A stretch of DNA of 64,000 bases from Octopus vulgaris (GCA_951406725.2 OX597815.1:91326001-91390000); one strand, 5' to 3'; counted from the stretch's first letter, positions 25,656 to 38,901 are shown. A program made the numbers and translations. Notes: generated from the sequence alone by a model not told the origin.

Positions 25656-25662
<7 letters not shown>
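25275..25662. repeat. Long imperfect palindrome (~185 bp arms)
   Basis: tatatactatattaat...aatagatgccaaatggc...cctatagcacaggttgtaag...tgtgtattggaa mirrors ttccaatacaca...cttacaacctgtgctatagg...gccatttggcatctatt...attaatatagtatata. Confidence 0.9.
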
Positions 25663-25716
<54 letters not shown>

Positions 25717-25926
25717 TATATATGTATATGTGCAATGTGAACAAACTTAGAAGCACCAAGTGAGTCAGTATTCTACAGAAAATTAAGGAATTCTTTCGTT
25801 AATGTAGGATGGTTCTGAAGACTGGTTAGGAAATCAGCCACTTTTTTTCATCTTCTAAGGGTCTTTATTCGATTCTCTAAGCTCTCTTCACAGTCATCCT
25901 GCATTTGAGAATTCTTTTATCTTCTC

Positions 25927-25932
<6 letters not shown>

Positions 25933-26020
<88 letters not shown>

Positions 26021-26227
26021 TACATATATATATACATATATATATATACGTATGTATATGTATGTATGTAAATGTATGTATGTATATGTATGTGTATGTA
26101 TATATATATATATATGTATGCATGTATGTATATGTATGTATATATATATGTATGTATATGTATGTATATATATATATATATGTATGTATGTATATGTATG
26201 TATATATGTATATGTATGTATGTATGT

Positions 26228-26261
<34 letters not shown>

Positions 26262-26398
26262 ATGTGTATGTATATATATACATGTATGTATATGAATGTA
26301 TGCATGTATAAATATATATATATATATATAAATTGATACATAAATACATATGTACATACACACACATATATATATATATATATAACCTCTCTCACACA

Positions 26399-26478
<80 letters not shown>
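25933..26478. repeat. Compound microsatellite (TC)n/(TA)n/(TATG)n/(CA)n
   Basis: Directly visible; it accounts for the overlapping YI/HT-rich ORFs. Confidence 0.9.
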
Positions 26479-27599
26479 GGAGTGAAGGAAGGAAAGAATA
26501 GGATATTATTTCACTTTCCATGCCACAGACATCTAAGTGAAATTAAGAAAGTCTTGATGGTTTGCATATCATAAAAATAGATTCTGAATATTCATTATTG
26601 TCACATTAACCAGTCATTTTCTAGAACTATTAAATTGGCCAGACTAACCAATATCAGAGTCTGAAGGATCACAGATCATTTATTTCCAGTAAATTATTTC
26701 AAGATACATTGTCTCCTGAAGAATATTTTCAATTTAGCTCTGTCTTCTGAATATCAATGTAATTTATTTTAAATATTTATCCGCCATCTGAAATATTCAT
26801 CTTAAATATTCACTAATAAATCATCATAATGTATTTATTTTCTTATTAATAGTTCAATATTCTGAAATATCTTTTATAAATGCTTTTATAACTAATGAAT
26901 TATTGAAAGAGTAGCCAGCTGGCAGAAATTTTAATTGGTGCTCTTTTTGTTGTTGTTGTTTAACCCCAGGTCAACACTACTTGGATAGACCTTTGATCAG
27001 AGACATTCAAGCAGTGAGTATCCCATTTTTTGAGAGGTGAATGAGACTATATTACCGATTATTGTTGTTGTTTTCATTCTACTCACTGTACTTGTACACA
27101 GACATACACACACATGCACACACAAACACACATCAACATCATCACCATCGCCATCATAACAATCTTCACTGTTAACATCCACTTTTCCACAATGCTCTCA
27201 TGAATCAGACAGAATTTATTGAGGAAGATTTTCTACAGCTGGATGCCCTTCCTGTCACCAACCCTAACCCATTTCCAATTAAGGTAATATTTCCTTTTGA
27301 CTAGACATGTTAGCATGAACAATCACCTGCATGGTGGTGATGTTGTCTTACAGCCATCATGTGATGTCAAGGCAAGTAGACAGTAATGCACACACACACA
27401 TACACACATATACATCGCTTAGACATTGAGAGATTAATAATCTAGTGTAGAACTCAATACACATATGGTTCAGAACAAAGTGCTAGATGAGTATAGAGCA
27501 GTAATAAGAAAAAGAGATGACACAAGAAAAACAATGGTTATGTTATGAATTCATTAGCTTACAGCTGTTTCTGCTATAAAATGCAGTGAACACATAGTT

Positions 27600-28420
27600 G
27601 AGTACCTGAATCAGACACCAAGAGCCCACTCCCAGTTGTAACTGTCAAGACCCAGGAATTTGTCCACTTGACCAGAGATGTATGATTAAGTCCATCATAT
27701 ATAAGGCAGCAGTTACAGCAATGCCAGATGACATAACCAATAAGAAGAGCTATATCGGACTATGTGAAGGTGACATCAAAAATTGCTATACTAACCACAT
27801 ATCTTCCTTCCAATGCAGGGACAAAAGTAAAGCTACTAAGTTGGCTAGCCGTGTACAGGGTTTGAACAACACACCACATATGATAAAGTGGAAAATAACC
27901 ATATGTTAACAGATCAAAAAAATGTAAGCTAGGTATAGCTGAGAGAATTCAAATCCCTTTCAGATCTAAGAACTCTAACACACAGCTGAATTCTAGATCC
28001 AAAATTTTCAGCAGTTGTAAGTTCCATTTGATAAATTGGAAAGTACCACCTTCTTGGAATTAAGCAGTTACACCACAGAATCTAGGCCACTGTCTTTTCA
28101 GCTTTATATTTTATGGTTAAAGGGAAAATAACTCTAATCCCCACCCACTTTGCTTCTTTCTGTTTTCTTTTTTGTTTTCTGGTTTTTCAACCTCCTACCA
28201 TTTATATCTACTTCTTTATTACCTTTCCTCACTTATTCTTTCATCCTCTCACCCTATTTTTACCTTGTTGTGCTATGTGAGCAGTGCCTGAAGATTGTGC
28301 TGAGACACCAGACATATTAAAAAATACTGTCTGGCATGCTTTTATTGCATGAAACTAACAGTAGCACATAAAAACATATATAGTGTTTATTAAATAATAT
28401 TTATCTCTCACCAGATGGAG
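27600..28420 (+). mobile_element. Penelope-like element remnant: Cys-rich linker + GIY-YIG endonuclease + terminal repeat with hammerhead
   Basis: From 27637: CNCQDPGICPLDQRCMIKSIIYKAAV...SYIGLCEGDIKNCYTNHISSF...ATKLAS...IKWKI, later LNSRSKIFSSC. A hammerhead lies downstream at 28284. Confidence 0.85.
28284..28367 (+). ncRNA. Type I hammerhead ribozyme motif with long stem II
   Basis: GTGC CTGAAGA [ttgtgctgag..CCAGACA..TGTCTGG..tttattgcat] GAAA CTaacAG TA GCAC; the base of stem II is wobble-rich and decayed. Confidence 0.65.
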
Positions 28421-28459
28421 TACTTTTTTAGTTGACCTTCTCATCGTGGAACAGTACAC

Positions 28460-28504
<45 letters not shown>

Positions 28505-29005
28505 TATTTCTTATATCATAACTTTCCTACCTTATTTCCAGGCATAGAGCGTCTAAGTCCAGATAATCCAATATGTCATTCCAAGTTGAAGATAGGAAGG
28601 CATAATTTCAGGGAGATTTTACTACTATTTCTTATAGGTCAAGCAATCATGTTGAAACTTTTTTATTTGCTCAAGTATTTAATCATCTCCTTAGCTGTTC
28701 TGAGTTCAGGTCATACCAGGGTTAAGCTTGCCTGTCATATTTCTAAAGTAAATCAAATAAATATTGTTCTCCTCTATAAAAACTGACCTCATGACTAAAA
28801 CAATTATTGAAGTTGATGGAAAATATCAGAGTAAAGTTCTAAATATTGTTTTTTTGACATTACGTAATATTGTAATTATAGCCAAAACCTGTCATTTTTC
28901 AGCTCTGTGGATAATATCAGATCTTATCAATATAAAATTTGATGTCACTCTTTTATGTATAAATAAATATATATATACCTTATTCTTTAACAGGAATGGT
29001 GTTGA

Positions 29006-29048
29006 CAGTGACTTCAAAGTTTCAGCCTGTTTAGCCTTCATCAGACTG
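29006..29048 (-). ncRNA. Minimal type I hammerhead ribozyme motif
   Basis: Minus strand: CAGT CTGATGA A GGCT aaaca GGCT GAAA CTTTGAAG TC ACTG, with a GUC cleavage triplet. Stem III is one transition from the palindrome CTTCGAAG. Confidence 0.7.
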
Positions 29049-29335
29049 GTTTTTATTATAACTCAATATAAAAACAGACATTAATGTGTAAGAGTGTGTG
29101 CAGGGGGGGGATTACAATAAACCCAAGTTTGTCGTATTTTCTCCTACATTAGTTCTGTATATAATAACCAGCAATACTATCAAGTATAATAGTTGCTTAA
29201 TCTCTATACTGAAGCAGACTAGACAATGATTAACCTACATAGAACTCTAGACTTAATAGTTGCTATCACACATCTATTTATACAAGCATATATATGGCTG
29301 CTTGTTTCTCAGGAACTTGTCAAAATGACATGGAC

Positions 29336-29378
29336 ACCTCTGATGAGAACCCAATAAGGTTCGAAAATCAATTAAGGT
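29336..29378 (+). ncRNA. Minimal type I hammerhead ribozyme motif
   Basis: ACCT CTGATGA GAACC caataa GGTTC GAAA ATCAAT TA AGGT; perfect stems I and II, stem III one change from the palindrome ATTAAT. Confidence 0.8.
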
Positions 29379-29464
29379 TCTTCATCATTTTTCCAGTTTG
29401 CAGAAAAATTGCTAAAATTTGCCCTGTTTATAATTATTCCATATATTACACACACACACACACA

Positions 29465-29516
<52 letters not shown>

Positions 29517-29593
29517 GTGTACTCATACATGTGTGCAAGACAGAGGCTAAATGATGATAATGACAATGAAGATGATAAAATACATGTGTGTGA

Positions 29594-29632
<39 letters not shown>

Positions 29633-30159
29633 TGTGTGTGTGCGTGTGGATTGATGGTTGGATGGATAGATGGGAGTGGGGTGTGAAGGCAGGTGCAGGT
29701 GTTTTTTGTTAGTCATTTATTCAAGTTCTTCACGGAATTCAAACCAGTTATTAGCAAAGGGTTTAAGACTAACCATTTCCTGAGATTTGTTGATATGTGA
29801 GTGGGTTCATGTATGTATTGATGTAGTTGCACGTATGAATGACCTTGCTCTTCAGAAAAGGGTATGCATGTCACTTGGGTACACTGCTTATGTGCATGTA
29901 TAAGTGAGATTGTATATATGTTCATTCCAGGGAGCTGAAAGAGAGAATCCTTGGAATGTTTTGCATATATCCACTGTATCACTAATCAACTGAATTTCGG
30001 GGATGTGAATTAGTTTTTTCTATTCTGTCTTGGAGAAACTCAGAATTTCATGGTTTTTATGCAAATGTGTTGTTACATAGCCCAGCACACCTATCCTATT
30101 AGGTATATCTAAGTATACCATACTATACCAAAATAGATAATGGGGCACAATGAAGCCCT

Positions 30160-30160
<1 letters not shown>

Positions 30161-30190
<30 letters not shown>

Positions 30191-30526
30191 AAGAAGAAGA
30201 AGAAGAAGAAGAAGAAGGGGGAGGGGGAAGAGGAGGAAGAAGAAGAAGAGGAGGAGGGGTGAGGGGGGAAGAGGGGGAGGAAGAAGAGGGGGAGGAGGAG
30301 GAGGAAGAAGAAGAAGTGGAGGAGGAAGAAGAAGAAGAAGAAGAAGAAGAGGGGGAGGGGGAGGAGGAAGAAGAAGAAGAAGAGGGGGAGGAGGAAGAAG
30401 AAGAGGGGAGGGGAGGCGGAAGAAGAAGAAGAGGAGGGGGAGGAGGAGGAAGAAGAAGAGGAGGAAGAAGAAGAAGAGGAGGAGGAGGAGGAGGGGAGGA
30501 AAAAGAAGAAGAAGAAGAAGAAGAAG
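30161..30526. repeat. Polypurine (GAA)n/(GGA)n tract
   Basis: ~365 bp almost exclusively A/G on the plus strand. Confidence 0.95.
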
Positions 30527-30789
30527 TGCTAATAGTGAGTTTGACCATACTTTTGCCAATTATTTTTGGAGCCTGCATAGTCCAGAGCAGACATAATAAA
30601 ATTAGAATATGAAGGATGTGACAACTGGAGGGAGAGTAGGCTACACCAACAGTCTGTTGAAATCCATTTTCAGCTGAAAAGACTGGAGCAACATAAAATG
30701 AGGTACCTTGCTCAAGGGCACAACACACTGCATTGTCCAGAAATTTGATTGTCAACCCAGCACTCTAACCATTAGGCGACACACCTTAT

Positions 30790-31150
30790 AGTCTTTTATT
30801 CTTTAACTTGTTTCAGTCATTTGACTGTGGCTATGCTCAAGCACCACCTTGAAGGATTATAGTCAAACAAATCAACCCCAGGACTTTTTTCTTTATTTAA
30901 GTCTAGTACTTACTCTACAGGTCTTTTATGTGAAACTGCTAAGTTATGGGGACATATATATGAATTTATATATATATATATATATTCATATATGCGACAG
31001 ACTTCTTTCAGTTTCCGTCTACCAAATCCACTCACAAGGCATTGGTTGGCCCGAGGCTATAGGAGAAGACACTTGCCTAAGGTGCCATGCAGTGGGACTG
31101 AACCTGAAACCATGTTCTTAAGAAGCAAGCTTCTTACCACACAGCCATGT
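30790..31150 (-). mobile_element. Family A SINE (head 30993-31150 plus 3' part)
   Basis: cttctttcagtttccgtctaccaaatccactcacaaggc...cttcttaccacacagcca matches 128-273. Confidence 0.8.
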
Positions 31151-31213
31151 ATTTAACTCTTTCACACATACACATGCACATGTTTGTGAGTATGCGTATA
31201 CATACATAAAAAT

Positions 31214-31261
<48 letters not shown>

Positions 31262-32262
31262 TCATTTGGTTTAGTTGATGATAAAGGAAATCGAAATTCT
31301 AATGTATTCACTAAATCATTTTGTTAAATGTGGCGAGGAGAAGAATTATATCTGAAATGTTGACACGGAATTCTTAATGCCATAATTCTTGAGCATTTAC
31401 ATTAAAATTGTTGTTGACATCTTTCTTTACAACGTTTTTGATAAGCATAGCACATGTTCATTTTGCCATCATCTGAATGGCAGAATAGGGTGGAATACTG
31501 TACTTTATTTTCTCTGGATCCATAATGTCTGAATTTGTTGATGCTATTCTTTCATATGAAAATTTCTTACCTGAAGCATAAGATCTTTTTCACAGAATTA
31601 TTAACCAGGAAATATGTAGGAAACAAATTCTCTGTTACACTCAAAGCAAACAATAGCTTCGTTGGGCCAATTGAATTTGTTTGTGAACTTACAGATGGTG
31701 TTCAAAAGTATTCCATAGATAGTAATAATTGATTATGTGATGCTCTCCATGGCATATGAAGTAATTCATGAAGTATGATGCAAAAATATTTAGTATTTCT
31801 GTGACAATTAGGTAAAGATGGGAATGAAATTTTAAGCCAATTCATGAACAACACTTGCACTAGTATAATGTTAATTTATCTTAAAATCATCCTTAGGCCC
31901 AGTATAACTGACTTATAATCTTTTTTAGTCAGTCATTTCTATACAATATGAGACGATGTTTCAACAAAAAAGTGACCAGAGAGTCACTCTATGACTTTAC
32001 TATTTTAATATATTTATATCAAATATTTCCATCATTTACCAAATCATCCAAACAGTAAGTAATTTGGGAATTTGGGATTGTCCTTTGTGAAACAAGAAAT
32101 AATTTTTTTGAAAGATTGAAAATAGTGTGAACACAATCTGCAAACATTTTCTGATAAAAGACTCAACTAGAAAGCTTGTGCAGTGACCCCCCCCCCACAA
32201 GTAATCTATTTAAACACTTGCTGTCAACAACTGGACAATAAGAATTTCAATGTCCAAGTTGG

Positions 32263-32886
32263 ATGGTAGACAAATCACAAACCCCTTCATGTAGATGGCT
32301 CACCTCGATCTGTCAAAAAGGCATAGGTAGAAACTCCATAAGATGCACCCATTGTAAGCTTTGGACACATAAAAGATGCAGCAATATCAGAGGAAGGTTA
32401 ACAAGGAAACTAGCTTTTGTATGTGGAAGATGCACAGGCACAATACACGCTGAAAATGTGCAGAAAGTAGACTCCATTAACTGCTGAGGGTGGGGGCAAG
32501 CTAGAAGTAGTAGATAGCTTCCATTATCTAGGTGATCAAATTAGTAGTGGAGGTGGATGCTCCAAGAGCATAGCTGTAAGAATAAGTTTAGGCTGGACAA
32601 AGTTCAGAGAGCTCCTACCTCTGCTGCCAACAAAGGGCCTCTCTCTCAGAATGAAAGGCAGATTGTATGACGCCTGTGTGCAAGCAGTTATGCTACATGG
32701 CAGTGAAACATGGGCTGTGACAGCCAAGGACATGCATAGGCTTGAAAGAAATGAAGTTAGTGTACTTCACTGGATGTGCAATATCAGTGTGCATGTTCAA
32801 CAGAATGAAAGCATCTTGAGAGAAAATTTAGGCATAAGAGGCATCAGATGTGGTGTGCAAAAGAGACGATTCTGCTGGTATGGTCA
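32263..32886 (+). mobile_element. Internal fragment of an older copy of the same RTE family (PHD-like finger + thumb)
   Basis: VDKSQTPSCRWLTSICQKGIGRNSIRCTHCKLWTHKRC...FVCGRC, then KGRLYDACVQAVMLHGSETWAVTAKDM; collinear with ~3395-4012, with a stop and a frameshift. Confidence 0.9.
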
Positions 32887-33244
32887 GGAAAGATATTTGT
32901 CAGGAAAGATATTTGGAAAATATATATAAAATATAAAGCTTGTTTCCTATGAAAAAGAATTTCAAAACTTTTCTAATCTGTTGATTCAAGTTTTCAAAGT
33001 CAAATGTAAACAACTATCTTTTCCTGGTAGTGTTTCATGTTAAAATATATTTAAAATTCACAGCTCAGTTCAAGAATGCACACATTAGGAAGGTCTAGTA
33101 TTTTATATATTTTACCAAAATTTTTTTCAGATATGGCAAGATACATTTATAAATAATTTTGCTGGTTGTTGTTATTCAGTTTCAGCCAAAAAGATCTATG
33201 ATTATAGGTGTTCCAGCCATAATACTCCCAAGGATAACATAATC

Positions 33245-33600
33245 TTTTTTTCTTTTTACCTGTTTCAGTCATTTTTAGTTGAATATATAAACCCCCAGTA
33301 CTTGTTTTTAAAGTTCAGTAGTTACTCTATCAGTCTCTTTTACAGAGACATAAATATACCAGCACCAGTTGTCAAGTAGTGGTGGGGAACAAACTCAGTC
33401 ACAAACACATACATAAATATATATACACATAAATATAGGACAGTCTTCGTTCAGTTTCCATCTACCAAATCCACTCATAAGGCTATGGTTGGCCTGAGGC
33501 TAAAGTGGAAGACACTTGCACAAGGTGTCATGCCGTGGGACTGAACCCCAAACCATGTGGTTGAGAAGCAAACTTCTTACCATAGTCACATCTGTGCCTT
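33245..33600 (-). mobile_element. Family A SINE, diverged
   Basis: ttcagtttccatctaccaaatccactcataagg...ccatgtggttgagaagcaaacttcttacca. Confidence 0.7.
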
Positions 33601-36307
33601 TCACAGGTCAGCTAACTGTGTATAAAATTCTTTGTCACAAATGGAGGCAGTGTTTTGCCAATATTCTTCCATCCAGTTTCCAAATTCTTTTCTTGGTATA
33701 AATTATATCATTTAAACAACGTAACTTATTTACCCTTCTACTTAATCCAGTCCACAAAGGAAAAGAAGTCACAACACAGTTGCTCAACTTACTCAATGTA
33801 GCAGCCAGTTACTCCTCAATAAACTCCTTAATATCTTTATAATGAGTACTTTGTATTTCCAAGATCCTATATGTTAGGGCTGTGTTGAGAAGACAATCAG
33901 ATGACAAAACACATCCTAAACTTTCAGATATAATCTACCAAACAATTTATATCACTGTCCTGGTTAATACTGTGGAGGCACGTTGCTTAATGAGTAACTC
34001 TGTGATGGACTGGCATCCCGTCCAGCTGGGAACACATATGCCATAGAAACTGGGTCCATGAGCCTGGCTAGGCATTAAAAGGGTGCATTTATTTTATTCC
34101 TGGCAACGACATCTGTTAACTTCCCTCTCTGAGCATACCTTTAACTGTATTTACACATTATGAAGTAATGACTTTTATTATGAAAACATTTTAGTTGTCC
34201 CAAGCAAGTGTATGAAACAAATGACATATATTTAAATAAAGTAGTGACCGATGAGTTTTATATTATAACCCATAAGAACATTGATTCACAACTGAAAAAC
34301 ATCATCATCATTCTGGTGAATCTGAAGGTGGATCAGCTTGATGGAATCATTCTTCGCCATGATATGCTCACAACATGGGTTAAATTTAGTAGTGCTAGTT
34401 GAAAAAGACATTATTTTCATAGTGTTACCAATATAGCTGTTATTATGTGTATGTTAGTCAGTTGTTCCTAACTTATGGTACTTATTTACAGCTAAGTGAA
34501 CAAAGCTGTTAAAAAAACATGTGGCTTTGCTTCCAACACAATGCAGGCCTGGTAACAAGATATGAACTGCTTGCACATTGGATGCAGTCAAAAGTTCTAT
34601 CAATTTGGCTCTCTAAAAACAGCTTAATGTCAAGTCAACAAAAGGGTTTCTATGCAGTTCACCAGCTAGCTAGAAATAGCATCCAAATTTCCCTCACAAA
34701 CTAAAAAGACCAAAGACACATTCAATAATGTAGTCTAAGGCACATAGTTTGAAAATAAGATGGGATGGTCTAAAAATAAGATGGCGTGCATTAATAATAA
34801 GTTTGCTTGATCAGAACTAATCTGGAGATAAACAACAACTGCCTAATATGTCTATGAATATTATCGAATATACAAATTAGATTAAGGAGAGATGGTTAAC
34901 AAGTTTGCTAAAGGGCAAAAGTAAATGTAATGGAAACAACCCAATAATAAACTGTAAAACATTGTTGTCTCAGTGCTCAGTGTTAGGTGATAGATATTAT
35001 TTGATATTCAGTGTTATTCTCAAATAAACAGCAAGAAAACTAGAGCTCACAAAAGGATTCTGTGAATTGATGTTTACAAAATGCATTTTTTTTATGTGAG
35101 AAATTTGACTTCATAGGAATGTTGCTATTTCAATACATATCATATATCATCATAGGTTTGACATATGATGAGATATATATACTGAAACAGTTATATTCCT
35201 GTAAGGTCATTCTTCTTAAATTAAAGATATTGATTAATATGCAGTGGTTAAAGATCACTACTAGTCCATGATTTTATGTTTCATGCCAGTGAAAGTAATC
35301 AATCCCCCTGCTGGATAATGACTGAAGATTCTTATTCAAATATAGGCTATTAAATAGTACCTCATATTGATGATAATCTATGAAGTATAATATGTATTAT
35401 CTATATATATACTTGAATATGTGTGAATGAGGATGGGAGAGAGACAAAGAGGTGGTGGTACCTTGTGTTGATAACTTAGATAAGATGAGGGTGTCAATGA
35501 TGATGATATTTGAGTAGTTAGTGTCACAAGATATTCAAAATATTGACAAATAAATAAATGTAACTAAAATATAAAACCAGAAAAGGCAAGAACTTTATTT
35601 ATTTTTTTATTTTTTCAAATATTTGACAAAATATTGCAAGTAAATAATAAAGCTTAAGAATCAAGTATCTCAATTGGGTTTTCAATTGTTAAAGATCCAA
35701 AGTTAATACAAAAGTATTTATCACATAGCTGCAGGAATTATAATCTTTGGCTGCCAAAAAAGTTGAATCCCTACTAACGTCTCTCTCCTTCCTAAAAGCG
35801 TGGTTTCTACAATAACACTTCTGCAGGGATCCATTCAAGGAAGTCTTCTAAGATGATATAACAGTTTCTGTTGATCTCATCAGATTGAGAACAATAAATA
35901 ACTTTGGAACGAACCATTCAATATCATCAAACGTTTCAATCATGTATAGTCATTCTTCAATTCTTTTGTTTCTTCCATGTTTTCCTTCTTTCTCTCTTTC
36001 TTCCCATCCTTTTTCTTACTTCCTTTTTCCTCCATCTCCTTTTATTTTTCCTCATTTATCTCTTTCAACTTCCACCCCCAACTTTCCAATTATTTTCTTT
36101 GTCTTCATCCCTCTTTTTGTCTTCTTCAATATCTTTCTCTCATCATCCTTTTTGTCTTTCTTTTTACCTTTCCATTCTTTTTAGAGCTTTTTCTTCATGC
36201 TTCTTCATATTTTACTCATTCATACTCTGATTTTTTATCTATTTCTTTTGTTACTACTTCCCCCCCTCTCTCTCTTCCCTTTCTCTATTTCTCCCTTCTG
36301 TCTGTCA

Positions 36308-36353
<46 letters not shown>

Positions 36354-36894
36354 GTATGTGTGCATGTGTGTGTGTATGTCCATACTCACTACGCATTTGT
36401 GCACATACCTATACACTCATACATGCCTTTACATACTCACATATATAAACTCACACTCACATACATAAACTCATACATACACACACACAAACACACAAAC
36501 ATAGACACACATATACACACATACATTCACACACACAAACACACACGGATATATAAAGTTATGATTCCTTTGCCAAAACCCATTAACTACTCTCCAATTA
36601 CATATTACATAGAACATTATCTGCTGGTCACATTGACCTTTCCAAGGGTTGTCGTTTATGATGCAGACAATCCCTTCTGCAGTTAGAACAGCAAATATGT
36701 CAGAGTAATATTTAAGGCTTTAGTTAATATTAGATAATCATCGTTATTATGACTATTGCTATTATAACTACCGCCACTACCACCACGACCGATATGGATG
36801 TTCTTCCTTCTCCCTCCCCACCTCCCTTCTACTTGCACATCTTTCTTCCGCTCATCATCATCTAACTCCATTTTGTTTCCCCCCCCTCTTTATC

Positions 36895-37141
36895 CTCATC
36901 ACCATACACCATGTCTTCTCTTTCTCTTCGTCATCATTATCACTACCATTATCTTTATGACCATCATCATCATAATCCTTTTACCAATTGCCTTGCTCTC
37001 TCCTTTCCTCACAATCATCATCATCATTATTATGTTCATTACTGCCATCAATATCATTTTAACCATTGTCATCATCATCAGCATCATCTTCATCATCATC
37101 ATCATCATCCTCATCATCTTCATCATCATCATCGTCATCAA
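36895..37141. repeat. Degenerate (CAT)n trinucleotide tract
   Basis: Directly visible; it yields the poly-His/Ile/Met ORFs. Confidence 0.85.
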
Positions 37142-37271
37142 TACACTTTGAAAGTCCAATCTAAGTTTTCTTACTAGCCAATATATTTCCAAAGATTTCT
37201 AAACAAACTACAGAATTATCTTCCATATATTTCTACACTCCCCCCTCTCTCTCTCTCTCTCACTCTCTTCT

Positions 37272-37322
<51 letters not shown>

Positions 37323-38256
37323 GATATTTTATCATTTAAGGTCATGCTAACACCATATATATATTTAAGCAATTTACTTTTCTTTTTGTTTAGTTCTGTT
37401 TCTTTACTATTACACACTAGTGGCCATTACTAATTTGTTTTTGTATAAACTTTATTGGCAACGTTATGGTGTTGGTGAGGCGATGTATAACAGTGAAAGT
37501 GATGGCATCAGTTATGAGAGTCTGCAAAAATGTTTGGTCATAAAATATGGGCAATCAATGCATTAAGGTTTTAGAATTTAGCAACAGGGGTTAAACAAGA
37601 GGGAAATGTAAGAATGAAATATATATATATATATATATGGATATAGGTTGTCGTCATCATCATCATCTTCATTGTTTTATGTCTGTTTTTTCCATACTAC
37701 CATGGGCTGGATGAAACTTCTTGAGGCAATATTTTACAGCTAGATGTCTTTCCTGGTGCCAACCTTAACTCGTGTTACAAGTTAGAATATTTTATTCCAC
37801 ATTGTTGTCAGAAGTGTTGTTTTTTGTTTTGATTTTTTGAGATGGTATAAAGAATGTTGCCAATGCAAAGACATATTGTGACAAACATGCCCACACACAC
37901 ATGCATGAATGCACACTCACACACTCATACGCACAGACATACACTATTGTAAAGGCTTTCTATACAGTTCCCATCTACTAAATTTTATTCACAAAGTATT
38001 GGCCAATGTAAAGTTATTTTTAAAGACACTTGGGCAAAGTACTGTACCAAGGGATTGAACCCAAAATCATCTGGTTACAAACCTGGTTACAATATCATCT
38101 TGTTACAAATTTTTTAACCATGCACCCATGTCTATGTATATATATATATATATGAGTGTACATGCGTATATGTGTTTCTGTGTGTATCTACATCTCTCTC
38201 TCTCTCTCTTTCTCTCCCTCTTTCACTTTCTCTCTTGCTGAACACATGCAAGCATG

Positions 38257-38309
<53 letters not shown>

Positions 38310-38329
38310 ATACACACACACGCACACAT

Positions 38330-38832
38330 TTATTTCTTTATTGCCTACAGGGGGCTAAACATAGAGGGGACAAACAAGGACAAAGTGATTAAGTCGATTA
38401 CATCAACCCCAGTGCATGACTGGTACTTATTTCATCAACACCGAAAAAATGAAAGGCAAATTTGAACTCAGGACATAACGGCAGACAAAATACTGCTAAG
38501 CATTTCACCCAGCATGCTAACACTTCTGCCATACACATACACACATAAGACAAACAGAGAAATAAAAGACTCTCATTGCTATTATCATCATTTAACATCC
38601 TATTTCATGCCCTGACATGGGGGCTAAACATGGAAGGGGACAAACAAGGACAGACAAATGGATCGAGTCGATTACATCGACCCCAGTGCGTAACTGGTAC
38701 TTAATTTATCGACCCCGAAAGGATGAAAGGCAAAGTTGACCTCGGCGGAATTTGAACTCAGAACATAACGGCAGACGAAATACCGCTAAGCATTTCGCCC
38801 AGCATGCTAACGATTCTGCCAGCTCGCCGCCT
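38330..38832 (-). mobile_element. Two tandem copies of tRNA-derived SINE family B (38330-38531, 38637-38832); further copy at ~63470-63690
   Basis: Minus strand ggcggcgagctggcagaatcgttagc...ctgagttcaaattccgccgaggtc..gcctttcatcctttcggggtcgataaattaagtaccag; both copies end at ggggctaaacat.g.ggggacaaacaaggaca. Confidence 0.8.
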
Positions 38833-38901
38833 TTTTCATTTAACATCCACTTTACAGGCTGACATGTGTGTGTAGTGGGTGCTTTTTACGTGCCACCTGC
38901 A

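Noticed and set aside
25811-25840. GGTT CTGAAGA CT ggtt AG GAAA TC AGCC
   Set aside because: Stem II is only 2 bp and there is no room for stem III; likely chance.
20961-26521. Many ORFs rich in YI/HT/CV dipeptides (also at 38-40 kb, 47.5 kb, 49.6 kb and 57.2 kb)
   Set aside because: They are translations of (TA)n, (CA)n and (TATG)n microsatellites, which lack stop codons.
30020-30755. Protamine-like Arg-rich ORF and overlapping low-complexity ORFs
   Set aside because: Open in several frames only because the tract is purine-only triplet repeat; no other gene evidence.
38690-38832. tRNA gene calls for A/B-box-containing heads
   Set aside because: They do not fold into a full cloverleaf and continue into shared SINE bodies in multiple diverged copies.
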